A stretch of 64,000 nucleotides of DNA from Clostridiales bacterium (GCA_012838805.1 DUON01000010.1:1072-65071); one strand, 5' to 3'. Counted from the stretch's first letter, positions 28,615-39,681 are shown. Notes: generated from the sequence alone by a model not told the origin. Made by a program: numbers and translations.

Positions 28615-29931
28615 TTATTTCAAGAATCCTTTATTGTGTTTTACCAATAGCTGCGATTCAAGCTGTTTCTCAAACTCAAGCGCCACGCTGACCACAATCA
28701 ACAGTCCTGTCGCGCTGAAAGCGTTCGCGAATCCAAATGAGGCAAAGCCTTGAATTTGCAAGATATATGTGGGTATAATCGCCACAAACGCCAAGAATAG
28801 AGCCCCGAACAGGGTTATTCTATTGTTTATCTTTCTCAAATGGTCGCTGGTGGACTTGCCGGGTCTTATGCCGGGGATAAATCCGCCGTTTTGCTGTATC
28901 ATACGGGCTATGTCATCGGGATTGAACTGTATCTGAGAATAAAAATAGGCAAAGAATATGATAAGCAAGAACATGAACAAAGGATAAATCTTTCCGCCTA
29001 CTCCCATCCATTCATACCACCATAGCACAAAGCCCGATGTGGTGTTGCCCACAAACTGCATTATCATTTGGGGGAACATAATCAACGAACTGGCAAAGAT
29101 TATGGGCATAACTCCGCCGCTGTTGACCTTAATAGGTATATGCGTGGACTGTCCGCCGTACATCTTGTTGCCCTTGATTTGTTTGGCGTACTGAACGGTA
29201 ATCTTTCTGTCCGATAGGTCTACAAATACAATCAGCATAAACAAGAGCACTACCAGAAGTAGAAACGCCAATAAGAACCAAATTCCCGCTGTGCCCTCTC
29301 CCGCTCTTATTTGGGCGGGGATTGTGTTAATAATGGCTCTGCCTATGGACAAACCTAAAGATGAAACGATACCGATAAATATAATAAGCGATGTGCCGTT
29401 GCCCACGCCGTATTCGGTTATTCTTTCGCCCAGCCACATGACCAAGGACGAACCCGCAGTCAATATGATGACTATGCATATCATAGTGAATATCTCGCTC
29501 GCCTTACCGTCTCCGAATACGGGTACGATAGAGTTTCTCCAGCTGAACATAACGCCGATAGCTTGTATTATTCCAAGCCCTATCGCCAAATATCTTGTAT
29601 ATTGCGTAATCTGCTTTCTGCCTTCCTCTCCTTCCTTTGACAATCTTTCAAGCTTGGGTATAACTAAGGTCAAAAGCTGCATAATAATAAAGGAATTTAT
29701 AAAAGGAATAATGCCCAAGGCAAAAATCGTACCGTTTTGCAGCGATCCGCCTGTTATCATATAGAGCATTTGCATAAAGTCATTCTCTTGACCTGAACTG
29801 AATGTGGTGGGGTCTAAGCCCGGCACGGGTATAAAGCATCCTATTCTGTAAATGAAGATTATTGCCAAAGTGAATAGAATCTTTTTCCTTATATCAGGCG
29901 CAAGAAAAGCATTTTTTAATGTTTGCAGCAT
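28615..29931 (-). CDS. secY: preprotein translocase subunit SecY
   Basis: 438-aa polytopic protein in the canonical position after rplO. Confidence 0.95.
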   Translation of the reverse strand: MLQTLKNAFLAPDIRKKILFTLAIIFIYRIGCFIPVPGLDPTTFSSGQENDFMQMLYMITGGSLQNGTIFALGIIPFINSFIIMQLLTLVIPKLERLSKEGEEGRKQITQYTRYLAIGLGIIQAIGVMFSWRNSIVPVFGDGKASEIFTMICIVIILTAGSSLVMWLGERITEYGVGNGTSLIIFIGIVSSLGLSIGRAIINTIPAQIRAGEGTAGIWFLLAFLLLVVLLFMLIVFVDLSDRKITVQYAKQIKGNKMYGGQSTHIPIKVNSGGVMPIIFASSLIMFPQMIMQFVGNTTSGFVLWWYEWMGVGGKIYPLFMFLLIIFFAYFYSQIQFNPDDIARMIQQNGGFIPGIRPGKSTSDHLRKINNRITLFGALFLAFVAIIPTYILQIQGFASFGFANAFSATGLLIVVSVALEFEKQLESQLLVKHNKGFLK

Positions 29932-29932
29932 T

Positions 29933-30373
29933 TTATATTACCTCTACTTTACCGCCTGCCTTGAGAATTTTTTCTTCGGCGGATTTGGTGAATTTCTTGG
30001 CTTTAACTATCAATTTCTTAGTTAGAGTTCCGTCGCCTAATACTTTAAGCCCATTCGGCTCAATTTTGCTTATCACACCTTTTTCCAATAGAGCTTCGGC
30101 TGTTATCACAGCACCGTCTTCAAAAGCTTCAAGGTCGGAAAGGTTGACTATGGAATATACTTTCTTAAAGATATTGGTAAAGCCTCTTTTGGGAATTCTC
30201 CTAATCAGCGGCATTTGACCGCCTTCAAATCCGGGTCTTACGCCTCCGCCGCTTCTGGCTTTCTGACCTTTGTGGCCTCTTCCCGAAGTCTTGCCGTGTC
30301 CCGAACCTATGCCTCTGCCTACTCTCTTTCTATTTTTTGTTGCTCCCTCTGCTGATATAGTATGTAGCTTCAT
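29933..30373 (-). CDS. rplO: 50S ribosomal protein L15
   Basis: Sequence (…[24 protein letters not shown]…) and position fit L15. Confidence 0.95.
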   Translation of the reverse strand: MKLHTISAEGATKNRKRVGRGIGSGHGKTSGRGHKGQKARSGGGVRPGFEGGQMPLIRRIPKRGFTNIFKKVYSIVNLSDLEAFEDGAVITAEALLEKGVISKIEPNGLKVLGDGTLTKKLIVKAKKFTKSAEEKILKAGGKVEVI

Positions 30374-30402
30374 ACTCGCTACCTCCTTAATACTCTTGAA
30401 AA

Positions 30403-30585
30403 TTATACTTCTTCGTACTCGACAAGATGATTGACCTTGTCAAGCATGCCACGAAGCGCAGGACTGTCCTCGAACACCTTGGATGAACCCACTTTCTTAA
30501 GACCTAAAGCCTCAACAGTACCTTTTTGCGCTTTGATACAACCAATAGTCGATTTCTTTAATGTAACCTTAAGTTGTTTGCTCAT
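30403..30585 (-). CDS. rpmD: 50S ribosomal protein L30
   Basis: 60 aa, with sequence and position typical of L30. Confidence 0.9.
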   Translation of the reverse strand: MSKQLKVTLKKSTIGCIKAQKGTVEALGLKKVGSSKVFEDSPALRGMLDKVNHLVEYEEV

Positions 30586-30587
30586 TT

Positions 30588-31145
30588 CTATTCTCCTTTT
30601 TCTACGGGTACTCCTCTGAGCGCGCTTACCATTTCCGCTGTCCTAAGCGCCTTCAACCCTTCAAGAGCCGCCTTTACGCTGTTTATCGGATTGTTTGAGC
30701 CTATGGATTTGGCTCTGATATCCTTTATGCCGCTGACTTCCAGCACCGCACGCACAGCTCCACCGGCAATAACTCCAGTACCTTCCGCAGCGGGCATAAG
30801 TATAACCTTTCCGCCGTCAAACTCGCCTTGTATGGCGTGAGGAATGGTCGTGCCCTCCATAGCAATCGGGAACATAGCGTTCTTGGCAAGCTTGGACGCC
30901 TTTTCTATGGCTTCGGGAACCTCTCTTGCTTTTCCCAAACCCGCTCCCACTCTGCCTTGACCGTCGCCGGCGACGACTAATGCGGCAAAACGCATATTTC
31001 TTCCGCCTTTGACGACTTTGGTGACACGGTTTACGGATACGGTCTTGGTGATTATGCCATCGTCCGTATCTTCTTGTCTTCTTCTTCTTGTAAACTTGTC
31101 TCTGGGCTTGAATTCGCCTTTCCTTTCCTTATTTTCAATAGCCAT
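30588..31145 (-). CDS. rpsE: 30S ribosomal protein S5
   Basis: Has [21 protein letters not shown] core. At 185 aa it carries a modest basic N-terminal extension. Confidence 0.95.
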   Translation of the reverse strand: MAIENKERKGEFKPRDKFTRRRRQEDTDDGIITKTVSVNRVTKVVKGGRNMRFAALVVAGDGQGRVGAGLGKAREVPEAIEKASKLAKNAMFPIAMEGTTIPHAIQGEFDGGKVILMPAAEGTGVIAGGAVRAVLEVSGIKDIRAKSIGSNNPINSVKAALEGLKALRTAEMVSALRGVPVEKGE

Positions 31146-31153
31146 AATGCCTC

Positions 31154-31534
31154 CTAAACCTTCAATCCGCCTTTGCGCGCTCCTTCGGCTACGGCAGCTA
31201 TCCTTCCGGTATAGCGATAACCGCCTCTATCAAACACAACTTCTTCAATACCCTTTTCCTTAGCTCTCTTAGCTACGATTTCGCCGACGACTTTTGCCGC
31301 ATCTACTTTCTTTAAGCCCTTTACCTTTTCGGCGACTTCTTTTTCTACTGTCGAGACACTAAGTATGGTATGTCCTTGACCTTGATTGGCAGTATCGTCA
31401 ATCAACTGCGCGTATATGTGGCTCAATGACCTAAATACATTGAGTCTGGGTTTTTGCGCGGCGCCGCTAAGCGTAAACCGCATACGATTATGCCTCTTTT
31501 TTCTGATAACATTTTTGTCTGGTTTCTTAATCAT
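31154..31534 (-). CDS. rplR: 50S ribosomal protein L18
   Basis: Sequence and position fit L18. Confidence 0.95.
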   Translation of the reverse strand: MIKKPDKNVIRKKRHNRMRFTLSGAAQKPRLNVFRSLSHIYAQLIDDTANQGQGHTILSVSTVEKEVAEKVKGLKKVDAAKVVGEIVAKRAKEKGIEEVVFDRGGYRYTGRIAAVAEGARKGGLKV

Positions 31535-31548
31535 AATCCTTTGCTCCT

Positions 31549-32091
31549 TTAACTACCTGCTGTTTTGCCTTCTTTTCTCAAAATGGTCTCGTCTTTGTAT
31601 CTGACGCCATAACCATGATAAGGGTCAGGCTTTCTGGCAGATTTTATGTCAGCAGCGCATTGACCCACTGCTTGCTTGTCTATGCCTTTAACGGCTATTT
31701 CCGTTGCCGAAACACATTCTATACTGACGCCCGCGGGCGGATCAATAGTCACGGGATGAGAATAGCCGATATTAAGCACCAGCTTGTTGCCTTGCATTTG
31801 CGCCCTATAACCCACGCCGTTTATGACAAGATTTTTAGAAAATCCCTTCTCCACGCCCTCGACCATATTGGCTATCAATGACCTATAAAGACCGTGAGCG
31901 GCTCTGGTTTCTTTCTTGTCGTTCTTACGGGTGACAAGTATCTCTTCCTTAGTGATTGATAAATCTATGTCAGAGTTTCTTATTTCCTGCGAAAGAGTTC
32001 CCAAAGGTCCGGTTACTACGATTTTGCCGTTTGTCATCTCTGCTTTTACTTTGTCGGATAATGCTATTAGCAATTTACCTATTCTTGACAT
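31549..32091 (-). CDS. rplF: 50S ribosomal protein L6
   Basis: [15 protein letters not shown]… and position fit L6. Confidence 0.95.
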   Translation of the reverse strand: MSRIGKLLIALSDKVKAEMTNGKIVVTGPLGTLSQEIRNSDIDLSITKEEILVTRKNDKKETRAAHGLYRSLIANMVEGVEKGFSKNLVINGVGYRAQMQGNKLVLNIGYSHPVTIDPPAGVSIECVSATEIAVKGIDKQAVGQCAADIKSARKPDPYHGYGVRYKDETILRKEGKTAGS

Positions 32092-32100
32092 TGCAACCTC

Positions 32101-32586
32101 CTACCATACATAGGCGAGAACTTCGCCGCCTGTGCCCAGCTTGCGGGCTTTTTTGTCTGTCATGATGCCTTTGGAAGTGGAAATAATCGCAATCCCCAGT
32201 CCGTTAAGTACTTTTGGCAGTTCGTTGTGCTTGGCATATACTCTCAAACCGGGTTTGGATATCTTCTTAAGCCCGGTAATAACTTTCTGGTTGTTGGGGG
32301 CATATTTGAGTTCTATGACTATGTTGTCATAGAGTTTTCTCTTTTGCTGGCGCTTTGCCACCTTTCTGTCAATACTGCTGCGGGGCTGGTTTGCATCAGC
32401 CATTCCCGCTTCGCTGACATCTTCTTTCTTTAATAAAGTGGCACTTTTGATATAGCCTTCCTCTACCAAAATCTTTGCTATCTCCATTTTTTCTTTTGAT
32501 GCGGGTATATCCACACTCTCATACCTTGCGCTAAGGGCGTTTCTGATACGAGTGAGCATATCTGCAATCGGGTCTGTTATAGCCAT
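32101..32586 (-). CDS. rpsH: 30S ribosomal protein S8 (expanded, 161 aa)
   Basis: The canonical ends [13 protein letters not shown] and GGEVLAYVW are present. About 29 extra internal residues are present. Confidence 0.95.
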   Translation of the reverse strand: MAITDPIADMLTRIRNALSARYESVDIPASKEKMEIAKILVEEGYIKSATLLKKEDVSEAGMADANQPRSSIDRKVAKRQQKRKLYDNIVIELKYAPNNQKVITGLKKISKPGLRVYAKHNELPKVLNGLGIAIISTSKGIMTDKKARKLGTGGEVLAYVW

Positions 32587-32598
32587 ATTATACCTCCA

Positions 32599-32784
32599 TT
32601 ACCAGCTTGCTTTTTTTACTCCGGGAATCTGACCTTTATATGCCAATTCCCTAAAGCAAATTCTGCAAACACCGTATTTTTTCAAAACTGCATGCGGTCT
32701 TCCACACAAAGAACATCTGGAATATCTTCTTGTGGAAAACTTTGGCTTTCTTTTTTGTTTGTTAATCAATGCTTTTTTTGCCAT
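32599..32784 (-). CDS. rpsZ: 30S ribosomal protein S14 type Z (zinc-binding)
   Basis: 61 aa with CSLCGRP…CRIC. Confidence 0.95.
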   Translation of the reverse strand: MAKKALINKQKRKPKFSTRRYSRCSLCGRPHAVLKKYGVCRICFRELAYKGQIPGVKKASW

Positions 32785-32799
32785 TTGCCAATCAACCTC

Positions 32800-33381
32800 C
32801 TACCTGCTAAAAGGCATTCCAAGCTGAGCCAACAGCTCCTTTGCCTCTTCGTCCGAACCTGCTGTGGTCACTATACAAACATCAAATCCTCTGACCTTTT
32901 CGATATGGTCATAGGATATCTCGGGAAATACAAGCTGTTCTTTTATGCCCAGCGCATAGTTTCCTCTTCCGTCAAAAGACTTGGGGCTGACGCCTCTGAA
33001 GTCTCTAACACGGGGAAGAGCGATAGATATCAGCTTGTCAAGAAAATCCCACATTCTTGTTCCCCTTATGGTCACCTTAGCGCCCACTTTCATGTTTTGC
33101 CTGAGCTTAAAGTTGGCGACCGACTTTTTGGCTTTTGTGACTATCGCCTTTTGTCCGGCTATAAGTTCAAGCTCTTTTACAGCGTTTTGCAAGCTCTTCT
33201 CATTGTCCTTGACATCGCCTAAGCGCATATTGAGTATAATCTTTTCCACTGTGGGAACTTCCATAATGTTCTTATATTTGAAAGTCTTTTGAAGAGCGGG
33301 GATTACTTCCTCTTTATATTTGGTCTTAAGTCTGCTTTCATATTTCTCGGCTTTTTCAACCTTTTCAATCGCTTTCGCCAT
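32800..33381 (-). CDS. rplE: 50S ribosomal protein L5
   Basis: Sequence and position fit L5. At 193 aa it has a short N-terminal extension. Confidence 0.95.
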   Translation of the reverse strand: MAKAIEKVEKAEKYESRLKTKYKEEVIPALQKTFKYKNIMEVPTVEKIILNMRLGDVKDNEKSLQNAVKELELIAGQKAIVTKAKKSVANFKLRQNMKVGAKVTIRGTRMWDFLDKLISIALPRVRDFRGVSPKSFDGRGNYALGIKEQLVFPEISYDHIEKVRGFDVCIVTTAGSDEEAKELLAQLGMPFSR

Positions 33382-33396
33382 GGGTTAACCTCCTCT

Positions 33397-34077
33397 CTAT
33401 TCCTCTTTGTCCTTAGCGGGTTCTTTGGCTAAGGTCTTATCTGTTCCCTTTTCAGCGGGCTTTGTTTGAGCTTTTTTCGCCGTGGGTTTTTCTTCTTTCT
33501 TTGCCTCAACTTCCTTTTTCTCCGCAGGCTCTTCTTTCTTAACGGTCTTTTTGACAACGGTAGCTTGGGCTTTAGGTTTGTTTTCAGCGGGCTCAGCCTT
33601 CACCTCGGCTTGGGGCTCTACTTTAGGCTTCACTTCGGCTTCGGGCTTGTCGGTCTTAACCTCTTCTGCCTTGACCTCATCGGCTTTGACTTCGGAAGCC
33701 TTTTTGCTTCTCTTTCTTACCGTCGCGGCGGCTTTCTTTTCCTCAACTTTCTTGGTCTTAAGGATTTCGCCACACTTTACGCATATCCTTTCTTTCTTGC
33801 CGTCCACAATCTTATGTCCCACTCTTGTGGGCTTGTCGCATGCCGAACAAATAGGCATAAGATTGCTTATGGATATAACCGCTGGAAATTCTATTATGCC
33901 GCCTCTATCTGTCGCCTTTCTTGCCTTGACGGCTTTTTTCCTTGGGGTCACGCCCTTGCCCTCTATATAGGCGATTTGCTTCTTGGCGTCAATCCCCAAG
34001 ACTTGGGCTGTCTTGCCTTTGTCTTTTCCTGCGATTATCATTACATAATCTTCTTTTTTTATACTTACTTTAGCCAT
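33397..34077 (-). CDS. rplX: 50S ribosomal protein L24 with C4 zinc-ribbon-like motif and a ~120-aa low-complexity C-terminal tail
   Basis: An N-terminal KOW core (IIAGKDKGKTAQV) is present, followed by CSAC…CVKC and then a Lys/Glu/Ala/Pro/Val-rich tail. Total length is 226 aa. Confidence 0.9.
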   Translation of the reverse strand: MAKVSIKKEDYVMIIAGKDKGKTAQVLGIDAKKQIAYIEGKGVTPRKKAVKARKATDRGGIIEFPAVISISNLMPICSACDKPTRVGHKIVDGKKERICVKCGEILKTKKVEEKKAAATVRKRSKKASEVKADEVKAEEVKTDKPEAEVKPKVEPQAEVKAEPAENKPKAQATVVKKTVKKEEPAEKKEVEAKKEEKPTAKKAQTKPAEKGTDKTLAKEPAKDKEE

Positions 34078-34086
34078 ATCTTCCTC

Positions 34087-34455
34087 CTAAAGTACTTCCG
34101 GAGCAAGAGATATGATTCTCATATAGTCTTTTTCTCTAAGCTCCCTTGCTATTGGTCCGAAAATACGGGTGCCTCTGGGCTGTTTCTGATTGTCGATAAT
34201 AACGGCGGCATTGTCGTCAAACCTGATATGTGAGCCGTCTTTTCTCATTATGCCCTTGCTTGTTCTGACAATAACAGCTTTTACTATGTCGCCTTTCTTA
34301 ATCGGAGTGTGGGGGGTTGCGGATTTAACGCTTGCCACTATGACATCGCCTATATTGCCACTTCTGACATAGGCCCCGCCCAAAACTCTTATACACATTA
34401 TTTCCTTGGCGCCTGAATTGTCCGCCACCTTAAGTCTTGATTGTGGTTGTACCAT
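34087..34455 (-). CDS. rplN: 50S ribosomal protein L14
   Basis: The [22 protein letters not shown] sequence is canonical L14. Confidence 0.95.
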   Translation of the reverse strand: MVQPQSRLKVADNSGAKEIMCIRVLGGAYVRSGNIGDVIVASVKSATPHTPIKKGDIVKAVIVRTSKGIMRKDGSHIRFDDNAAVIIDNQKQPRGTRIFGPIARELREKDYMRIISLAPEVL

Positions 34456-34467
34456 CGTTTGCTCCTC

Positions 34468-34722
34468 CTACTTTGCCTTCTCTATTATTCTTACAAGTCT
34501 CCAGCACTTATCTTTAGAAAGAGGTCTGGTCTCGGCAATTTCGACATAATCGCCTATTCCGCATTCATTCTTTTCGTCGTGCGCTTTGAACTTCTTGGTT
34601 GTCTTTATATACTTTTTATAAAGAGGATGTTTGAATTTTCTGACAACTTCCACAACTATGGTCTTGTCCATTTTGTCGCTTACTACCGTTCCCAATCTGG
34701 TTTTTCTCAAATTTCTTTCCAT
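34468..34722 (-). CDS. rpsQ: 30S ribosomal protein S17
   Basis: Sequence and position fit S17. Confidence 0.95.
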   Translation of the reverse strand: MERNLRKTRLGTVVSDKMDKTIVVEVVRKFKHPLYKKYIKTTKKFKAHDEKNECGIGDYVEIAETRPLSKDKCWRLVRIIEKAK

Positions 34723-34738
34723 TTAAAATCATCCTCCT

Positions 34739-34981
34739 CTATTTGGAACTCTTTTTGGCTTTTGATTTTTTCTTTTCGGGTTCAAAGCTGATTCCCAACT
34801 CTCTTTGTCTGAGAATGGTCATAACGCGGGCAATATCCCTTTTGCATTCGACCATGGTCATATGATTGGTTAACTGATTTGTGGCGTGCTTAAAGCGTAG
34901 ATTAAAAAGCTCCGCCTTGAGCTCGGTTAATTTATCCTGAAGCTCCTTTGTGCTCATTTCAAAAAACTTTATCGCTTTCAT
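34739..34981 (-). CDS. rpmC: 50S ribosomal protein L29
   Basis: Has STKELQDKLTELKAELFNLRF core. At 80 aa it carries a Lys-rich C-terminal extension. Confidence 0.9.
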   Translation of the reverse strand: MKAIKFFEMSTKELQDKLTELKAELFNLRFKHATNQLTNHMTMVECKRDIARVMTILRQRELGISFEPEKKKSKAKKSSK

Positions 34982-35413
34982 TTAGACCTCCCCGCCCTCT
35001 GCATAATCTGATTTCTTGGCAAATCTGCACTTAACGGGCAATTTATGAGCAGCAAGCCTTAAGGCGTTGCGGGCAACTTCTTCGCTGACGCCAGCCGCCT
35101 CGAAAAGCACTCTGTCGGGCTTAACTACCGCTACCCAGTACTCAGGAGAACCCTTTCCGCTTCCCATACGGGTTTCAGCGGGCTTTTGGGTTACAGGTTT
35201 ATGGGGAAAGATATTCAGCCAAACCTTTCCGCCTCTTTTCATATGTCTTGTCATCGCCACACGGGCGGCTTCTATCTGATTGCTTGTCACCCAGCCGGAC
35301 TCTAAAGACACAAGAGCGTATTCGCCGTAAGTTATCTTATTGCCTCTGGTGGCTCTGCCTTTCATCCTGCCCCTGTGCTGCTTTCTTCTCTTAACTCTCT
35401 TAGGCATTAACAT
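34982..35413 (-). CDS. rplP: 50S ribosomal protein L16
   Basis: The canonical N-terminus [15 protein letters not shown] starts at 35413. GGAGG lies 11 nt upstream, inside the end of rpsC. The track start at 35518 overlaps rpsC. Confidence 0.95.
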   Translation of the reverse strand: MLMPKRVKRRKQHRGRMKGRATRGNKITYGEYALVSLESGWVTSNQIEAARVAMTRHMKRGGKVWLNIFPHKPVTQKPAETRMGSGKGSPEYWVAVVKPDRVLFEAAGVSEEVARNALRLAAHKLPVKCRFAKKSDYAEGGEV

Positions 35414-35414
35414 A

Positions 35415-36071
35415 TTAGTCATTACCTCCTTTTCCTGCTTTGGTGAAAATTTCACCCTTATAAATCCAAACCTTAACGCCCAATATTCCATAGGTGGTCT
35501 CGGCTTCTGCAAAACCATAATCTATATTTGCTCTTAAGGTTTGTAGAGGAATGGAGCCTTCGTGATAGAATTCGCTTCTGGCTATTTCTGCGCCGTCCAG
35601 CCTTCCGCTGACCATCGTCTTGATTCCCTTCGCTCCGCTCCTAATGGACCTTTGCATCGCTTGCTTCATAGCTCTTCTGAACTGTACTCTCTTCTCAAGC
35701 TGAGCGGCTATGGATTCCGCCACAAGCTGGGCGTCCAAATCGACTTTCTTTACTTCGTGTATATTTACATTGATTGTCTTTCCTTTGCTGATTTTTTCTA
35801 TGTCCTTTTTGATAAGGGGAATGCCGGCAGCTTGCTTTCCTATCGCCACTCCCGGTCTTCCGCAATACATATTCACAGTTACGCTGTTTGAGGCTCTTTC
35901 AATCGTTATCTTGGAAATAGCCGCGGCATAGTACTTCTTCTTCAACATTGTTCTTATCTCGTGGTCTTCCTTGATATTCTTTCCGAAATCTTTCTTGTCG
36001 GCATACCATTGGGAATCCCAACCTTTAATTATTCCTATTCTTAAACCGTGCGGATTTACTTTTTGACCCAT
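35415..36071 (-). CDS. rpsC: 30S ribosomal protein S3
   Basis: [24 protein letters not shown] is a canonical S3 N-terminus. Confidence 0.95.
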   Translation of the reverse strand: MGQKVNPHGLRIGIIKGWDSQWYADKKDFGKNIKEDHEIRTMLKKKYYAAAISKITIERASNSVTVNMYCGRPGVAIGKQAAGIPLIKKDIEKISKGKTINVNIHEVKKVDLDAQLVAESIAAQLEKRVQFRRAMKQAMQRSIRSGAKGIKTMVSGRLDGAEIARSEFYHEGSIPLQTLRANIDYGFAEAETTYGILGVKVWIYKGEIFTKAGKGGND

Positions 36072-36080
36072 TTTATCCTC

Positions 36081-36467
36081 CTACTGCCTTTCGTCCAAGA
36101 TAATTGTGATATGACTTGTTCTTTTCAATATTCTTCCCGCTCTGCCGTGGGATTTGGCGATATATCTTTTCAGCGTCGCGCCCTGATCGGCAAAACATTC
36201 CGCAACATATAAATCGTCTTTGTTCATTTCAAGGTTGTTCTCGGCGTTTGCTCCCGCTGATTTCAATACTTTCAGCACTGGCAGCGATGAAGACTTGTTG
36301 AGGTTTGTCAAAATAGCTTCCGCCTCAAAATAGCTCTTGCCGCGAATTAAGTCCAATACGGCTCTGACCTTGAACGGAGAAATACGGATGTACTTCGCAC
36401 GTGCGAAAGGTCTTTTGTCGGCATTTTCTTTTCTTAATTTAGCTTTTTCCCTTATTCTGGTCGCCAT
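36081..36467 (-). CDS. rplV: 50S ribosomal protein L22
   Basis: Sequence and position fit L22. At 128 aa it has a basic N-terminal extension. Confidence 0.95.
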   Translation of the reverse strand: MATRIREKAKLRKENADKRPFARAKYIRISPFKVRAVLDLIRGKSYFEAEAILTNLNKSSSLPVLKVLKSAGANAENNLEMNKDDLYVAECFADQGATLKRYIAKSHGRAGRILKRTSHITIILDERQ

Positions 36468-36481
36468 CTATTGAATACCTC

Positions 36482-36760
36482 CTATTTCTTGCCGGTCGTC
36501 TTGCTGCCGGCATGTCCTCTGAAAGTTCTTGTCGGAGCGAATTCACCAAGCTTCATTCCGACCATATCCTCAGTAATGTATACGGGAACATGCTTTCTTC
36601 CGTCATGAACGGCTATCGTGTGTCCCACAAATTCCGGGAAGATAGTCGAAGCTCTTGACCATGTCTTGACGGGTTTCTTCTGACCCGATTCATTGAGAGC
36701 TATTATCTTTTTCCTAAGGCTGTCATGCACATAAGGACCTTTTTTTATTGACCTAGACAT
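36482..36760 (-). CDS. rpsS: 30S ribosomal protein S19
   Basis: [11 protein letters not shown]… is canonical S19. Confidence 0.95.
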   Translation of the reverse strand: MSRSIKKGPYVHDSLRKKIIALNESGQKKPVKTWSRASTIFPEFVGHTIAVHDGRKHVPVYITEDMVGMKLGEFAPTRTFRGHAGSKTTGKK

Positions 36761-36774
36761 TAGCTATGTTCCTC

Positions 36775-37602
36775 CTAATTAATTCTCTTTATAATAAACT
36801 TATCGCTTGTCTTGTTCTTTTTGCGGGTCTTGTATCCCAAAGTGGGTTTGCCCCAAGGTGTAACAGGAGTGGGCATTCCTATCGGGCTCTTGCCCTCGCC
36901 GCCACCGTGCGGGTGGTCGCAGGGGTTCATAACCACGCCTCTGACACCGGGTCTTACGCCCATGTTTCTCTTTCTTCCCGCTTTTCCAATGCTGATAATC
37001 TCATGTTCAATATTGCCCACTTGACCTATCGTCGCCTTGCAAGCCAAAGGCACGTATCTCATCTCTCCCGAAGGCATTCTCAAAGTCGCTCTCTTGCCCT
37101 CTTTCGCCATAAGCTGGGCGCTTGTTCCCGCGCTTCTGGCTATCTGTCCGCCTCTTAAGGGCTGAAGCTCGATGTTATGCACCATTGTGCCCACGGGTAT
37201 ATCTTCAAGCTTTTTGGCGTTTCCGGCTCTTATTTCAGAGTTCTCTCCGCTCATGACCGTATCCCCTACATTAAGTCCCACTGGCGCAAGTATATATCTC
37301 TTCTCGCCGTCCGCATACGCCAGCAGTGCGATATTTGCGCTTCTGTTGGGGTCGTATTGTATGGACTTGACCTTGGCGGGGATGTCGTCCTTGTCTCTCT
37401 TAAAGTCAATAATTCTGTATTTATTGCGGTTGCCGCCGCCGATATGGCGTACGGTGATTCTGCCCATATTGTTTCTGCCGCCTGTGCGCTTTTTGGGGGC
37501 AAGCAGACTTCTTTCGGGTTTGTCGGAAGTGATTTCCTTAAAATCCGATACTGACATAAATCTGCGGGCAGGACTTGTTGGTTTATATCTTTTTATCGCC
37601 AT
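36775..37602 (-). CDS. rplB: 50S ribosomal protein L2
   Basis: [14 protein letters not shown]… and the …HPHGGGEGK… motif are present. Confidence 0.95.
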   Translation of the reverse strand: MAIKRYKPTSPARRFMSVSDFKEITSDKPERSLLAPKKRTGGRNNMGRITVRHIGGGNRNKYRIIDFKRDKDDIPAKVKSIQYDPNRSANIALLAYADGEKRYILAPVGLNVGDTVMSGENSEIRAGNAKKLEDIPVGTMVHNIELQPLRGGQIARSAGTSAQLMAKEGKRATLRMPSGEMRYVPLACKATIGQVGNIEHEIISIGKAGRKRNMGVRPGVRGVVMNPCDHPHGGGEGKSPIGMPTPVTPWGKPTLGYKTRKKNKTSDKFIIKRIN

Positions 37603-37621
37603 TTTTTATCCTCCTGAAGAA

Positions 37622-37912
37622 TTAAGACAAGCTCTCGAAGAACTCGATGGACTTGGAGTCATCCGTCAATTTGACATAAGCCTTTTTATAGGACGGTCTT
37701 CTTCCCTCGTTTCTTCCCATTCTTTTAAGCTTTCCTTGATAGTTGACAATATTGACTTTTTCTACTTTCACATTGAAGATTTCTTCAACTGCGGTCTTGA
37801 CTTGGCTCTTTGTCGCTGCTTTGTGCACTATGAAAGTATATCTTTTATTGGCAATGCCGTCATAACTTTTTTCCGATAATACCGGCTTAATAATGATATC
37901 GTAAGAGTTCAT
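37622..37912 (-). CDS. rplW: 50S ribosomal protein L23
   Basis: Sequence and position fit L23. Confidence 0.95.
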   Translation of the reverse strand: MNSYDIIIKPVLSEKSYDGIANKRYTFIVHKAATKSQVKTAVEEIFNVKVEKVNIVNYQGKLKRMGRNEGRRPSYKKAYVKLTDDSKSIEFFESLS

Positions 37913-38532
37913 TAAATATTTACCTCCTCAAGTTTTCTGACGGCTTCTTTGGTGATAATGCATTTGCCGTTTCTGACAAGGTCGTATACATTGATAAGGT
38001 CGCTTTGGGTGATGCTCACGCCTTCAATGTTTCTTGCGGCTCTGATTATTGTCTGATTGTTGTCGGGCAAGATAAGAAGGGTCTTGCCTTTCAGTTCGAA
38101 ATTCTTGAGTATCGCCGCCATGAATTTGGTCTTTGCTTCGGGAAGAGCAAAGTCTTCTATCACAATAAACTCATCCTGTCTGACCTTTTGGCTTAAAGCG
38201 CTCTTCAACGCAGCGGTCTTCATCTTTCTGTTGATTTTTTTGGAGAAGTCTCTGGGCTTGGGAGCGAACACCACTCCGCCCTTTCTCCATTGCGGTGAGC
38301 GAATAGAGCCTTGTCTTGCCCTGCCCGTACCCTTTTGTCTGTATGGCTTGGCTCCGCCGCCTCTTACTTCTGCACGGGTAAGAGCGGACTTTGTGCCCTG
38401 CCTTTTATTGGCAAGCTGAGCCACCACTATTTGATGTATAAGCGCCTCTTTGTATTCGGCGTTAAAGATTTCATCGCTTACTGTAATTACGCCAGTTTTC
38501 TTACCGTCTGTATTATAAACATTCAATTCCAT
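37912..38532 (-). CDS. rplD: 50S ribosomal protein L4
   Basis: Sequence (…[19 protein letters not shown]…) and position fit L4. Confidence 0.95.
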   Translation of the reverse strand: MELNVYNTDGKKTGVITVSDEIFNAEYKEALIHQIVVAQLANKRQGTKSALTRAEVRGGGAKPYRQKGTGRARQGSIRSPQWRKGGVVFAPKPRDFSKKINRKMKTAALKSALSQKVRQDEFIVIEDFALPEAKTKFMAAILKNFELKGKTLLILPDNNQTIIRAARNIEGVSITQSDLINVYDLVRNGKCIITKEAVRKLEEVNI

Positions 38533-38545
38533 AACCTACACTCCT

Positions 38546-39175
38546 TTAAGCCTTCTGCGACTGCTTCACGATGACAAAATTGTTCTTTGCTCCGGGAATG
38601 CCGCCTTTAACAAACAGCAAATTCCTGTCTTTGTCCACCTTGACCACTTCAAGGTTCCTTATGGTCACTTGCTCGTTTCCATAGTGTCCGGGCATCTTTC
38701 TTCCCTTAAAGACTTTGCCGGGGGACGCACAGCCAGACATAGCTCCCACGCCTCTATGATATCCCGAACCATGCGACATAGGACCTCTGTGCATATTCCA
38801 TCTTTGAATGGTGCCTGTGAAGCCTCTTCCTCTGGTCATGCCTGTAACATCGACTTTCTCGCCTTTTGTGAAAATATCGCAAAGGATATTTTGTCCTATC
38901 TCAAACTTGTCGCCCTCTTCCGTTCTGAATTCCCTTAAGTATCTGGTGGGTGCTACTTTACCCTTTTTGAAATGACCTTTCAAGGGCTTTGAGACATTCT
39001 TTTCTTTCTTTTGTCCAAATCCAATCTGGATAGCCGAATATCCATCTTTTTCCGTTGTCTTAATCTGGACAACAGGACAAGGGCCAGCCTCGATTATTGT
39101 CACCGGAATAACTATGCCTTCAGCGGTAAATATTTGACTCATACCGAGCTTTTTACCTAATATAGCTTTCTTCAT
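38546..39175 (-). CDS. rplC: 50S ribosomal protein L3
   Basis: MKKAILGKKLGMSQIF… is canonical L3. Confidence 0.95.
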   Translation of the reverse strand: MKKAILGKKLGMSQIFTAEGIVIPVTIIEAGPCPVVQIKTTEKDGYSAIQIGFGQKKEKNVSKPLKGHFKKGKVAPTRYLREFRTEEGDKFEIGQNILCDIFTKGEKVDVTGMTRGRGFTGTIQRWNMHRGPMSHGSGYHRGVGAMSGCASPGKVFKGRKMPGHYGNEQVTIRNLEVVKVDKDRNLLFVKGGIPGAKNNFVIVKQSQKA

Positions 39176-39188
39176 ATAAGTCCTCCTG

Positions 39189-39497
39189 TCACAGCTTTAT
39201 CTGTATGTCAACACCTGCCGGTAAATCAAGCTTCATAAGAGCTTCTACGGTTTTCGATGTTGAGTTATAGATATCTATCAGTCTCTTATGGGTTCTTAAC
39301 TCAAACTGTTCGCGGCTGTCCTTATATATATAGGGCGACCGCAAAATAGTGATTATTTCCTTTTCTGTGGGTAAAGGTATGGGTCCGGATATGCCGGCAC
39401 CTGTTTTCTTGACCGATTCCACAATCTTTTCACAAGAACTGTCAATAAGATTGTGGTCATAAGCCTTTAACTTAATTCTGATTTTTTGACTTGCCAT
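39189..39497 (-). CDS. rpsJ: 30S ribosomal protein S10
   Basis: The canonical N-terminus [15 protein letters not shown] starts at 39497 with AGGAGG 7 nt upstream. The track start at 39527 is an upstream extension. Confidence 0.95.
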   Translation of the reverse strand: MASQKIRIKLKAYDHNLIDSSCEKIVESVKKTGAGISGPIPLPTEKEIITILRSPYIYKDSREQFELRTHKRLIDIYNSTSKTVEALMKLDLPAGVDIQIKL

Positions 39498-39675
39498 GTT
39501 CGTTCCTCCTGTTTTCCTAACTCTCACACTTACCCGTGTGTGTCACGCCGCTTTTTTTTATAAAAAGGTCTTAGCCTTTTTGAGTTAGTCGCCCGCGTCT
39601 TATGCGCCTGGCACTTGTCCGCGGAAATTCTCCCTTTTTAGGCAACCTCCCGCTTCATCCCTAAATTTGTGCAGC
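39498..39675 (-). promoter_or_regulatory. structured 5' leader of the S10 operon (candidate r-protein autoregulatory/attenuator element)
   Basis: About 180 nt lie between the promoter and rpsJ. Locally GC-rich helices are visible (CCGCG…CGCGG; CACAC…GTGTG), plus AAAAAGG-CTAAGA-CCTTTTT followed by an A/T run. Confidence 0.4.
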
Positions 39676-39681
39676 CTAATA

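Noticed and set aside
33466-34233. A 255-aa ORF and a 162-aa ORF on the plus strand.
   Set aside because: Both are antisense to the low-complexity tail of rplX and to rplN. They are low-complexity artefacts inside a tightly packed ribosomal operon.
35414-35518. The upstream extension of rplP, with similar extensions for rpsJ (39498-39527), the FAD gene (4094-4204), the permease (48967-49008) and UPF0316 (51579-51746).
   Set aside because: The extensions overlap upstream genes or AT-rich leaders. Internal ATGs with proper SDs give the canonical N-termini.
36766-37879. Long plus-strand ORFs of 130 aa and 235 aa.
   Set aside because: They are antisense to rplB and rplW, lack SDs and contain no recognisable domains. 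This is a typical shadow-ORF effect.
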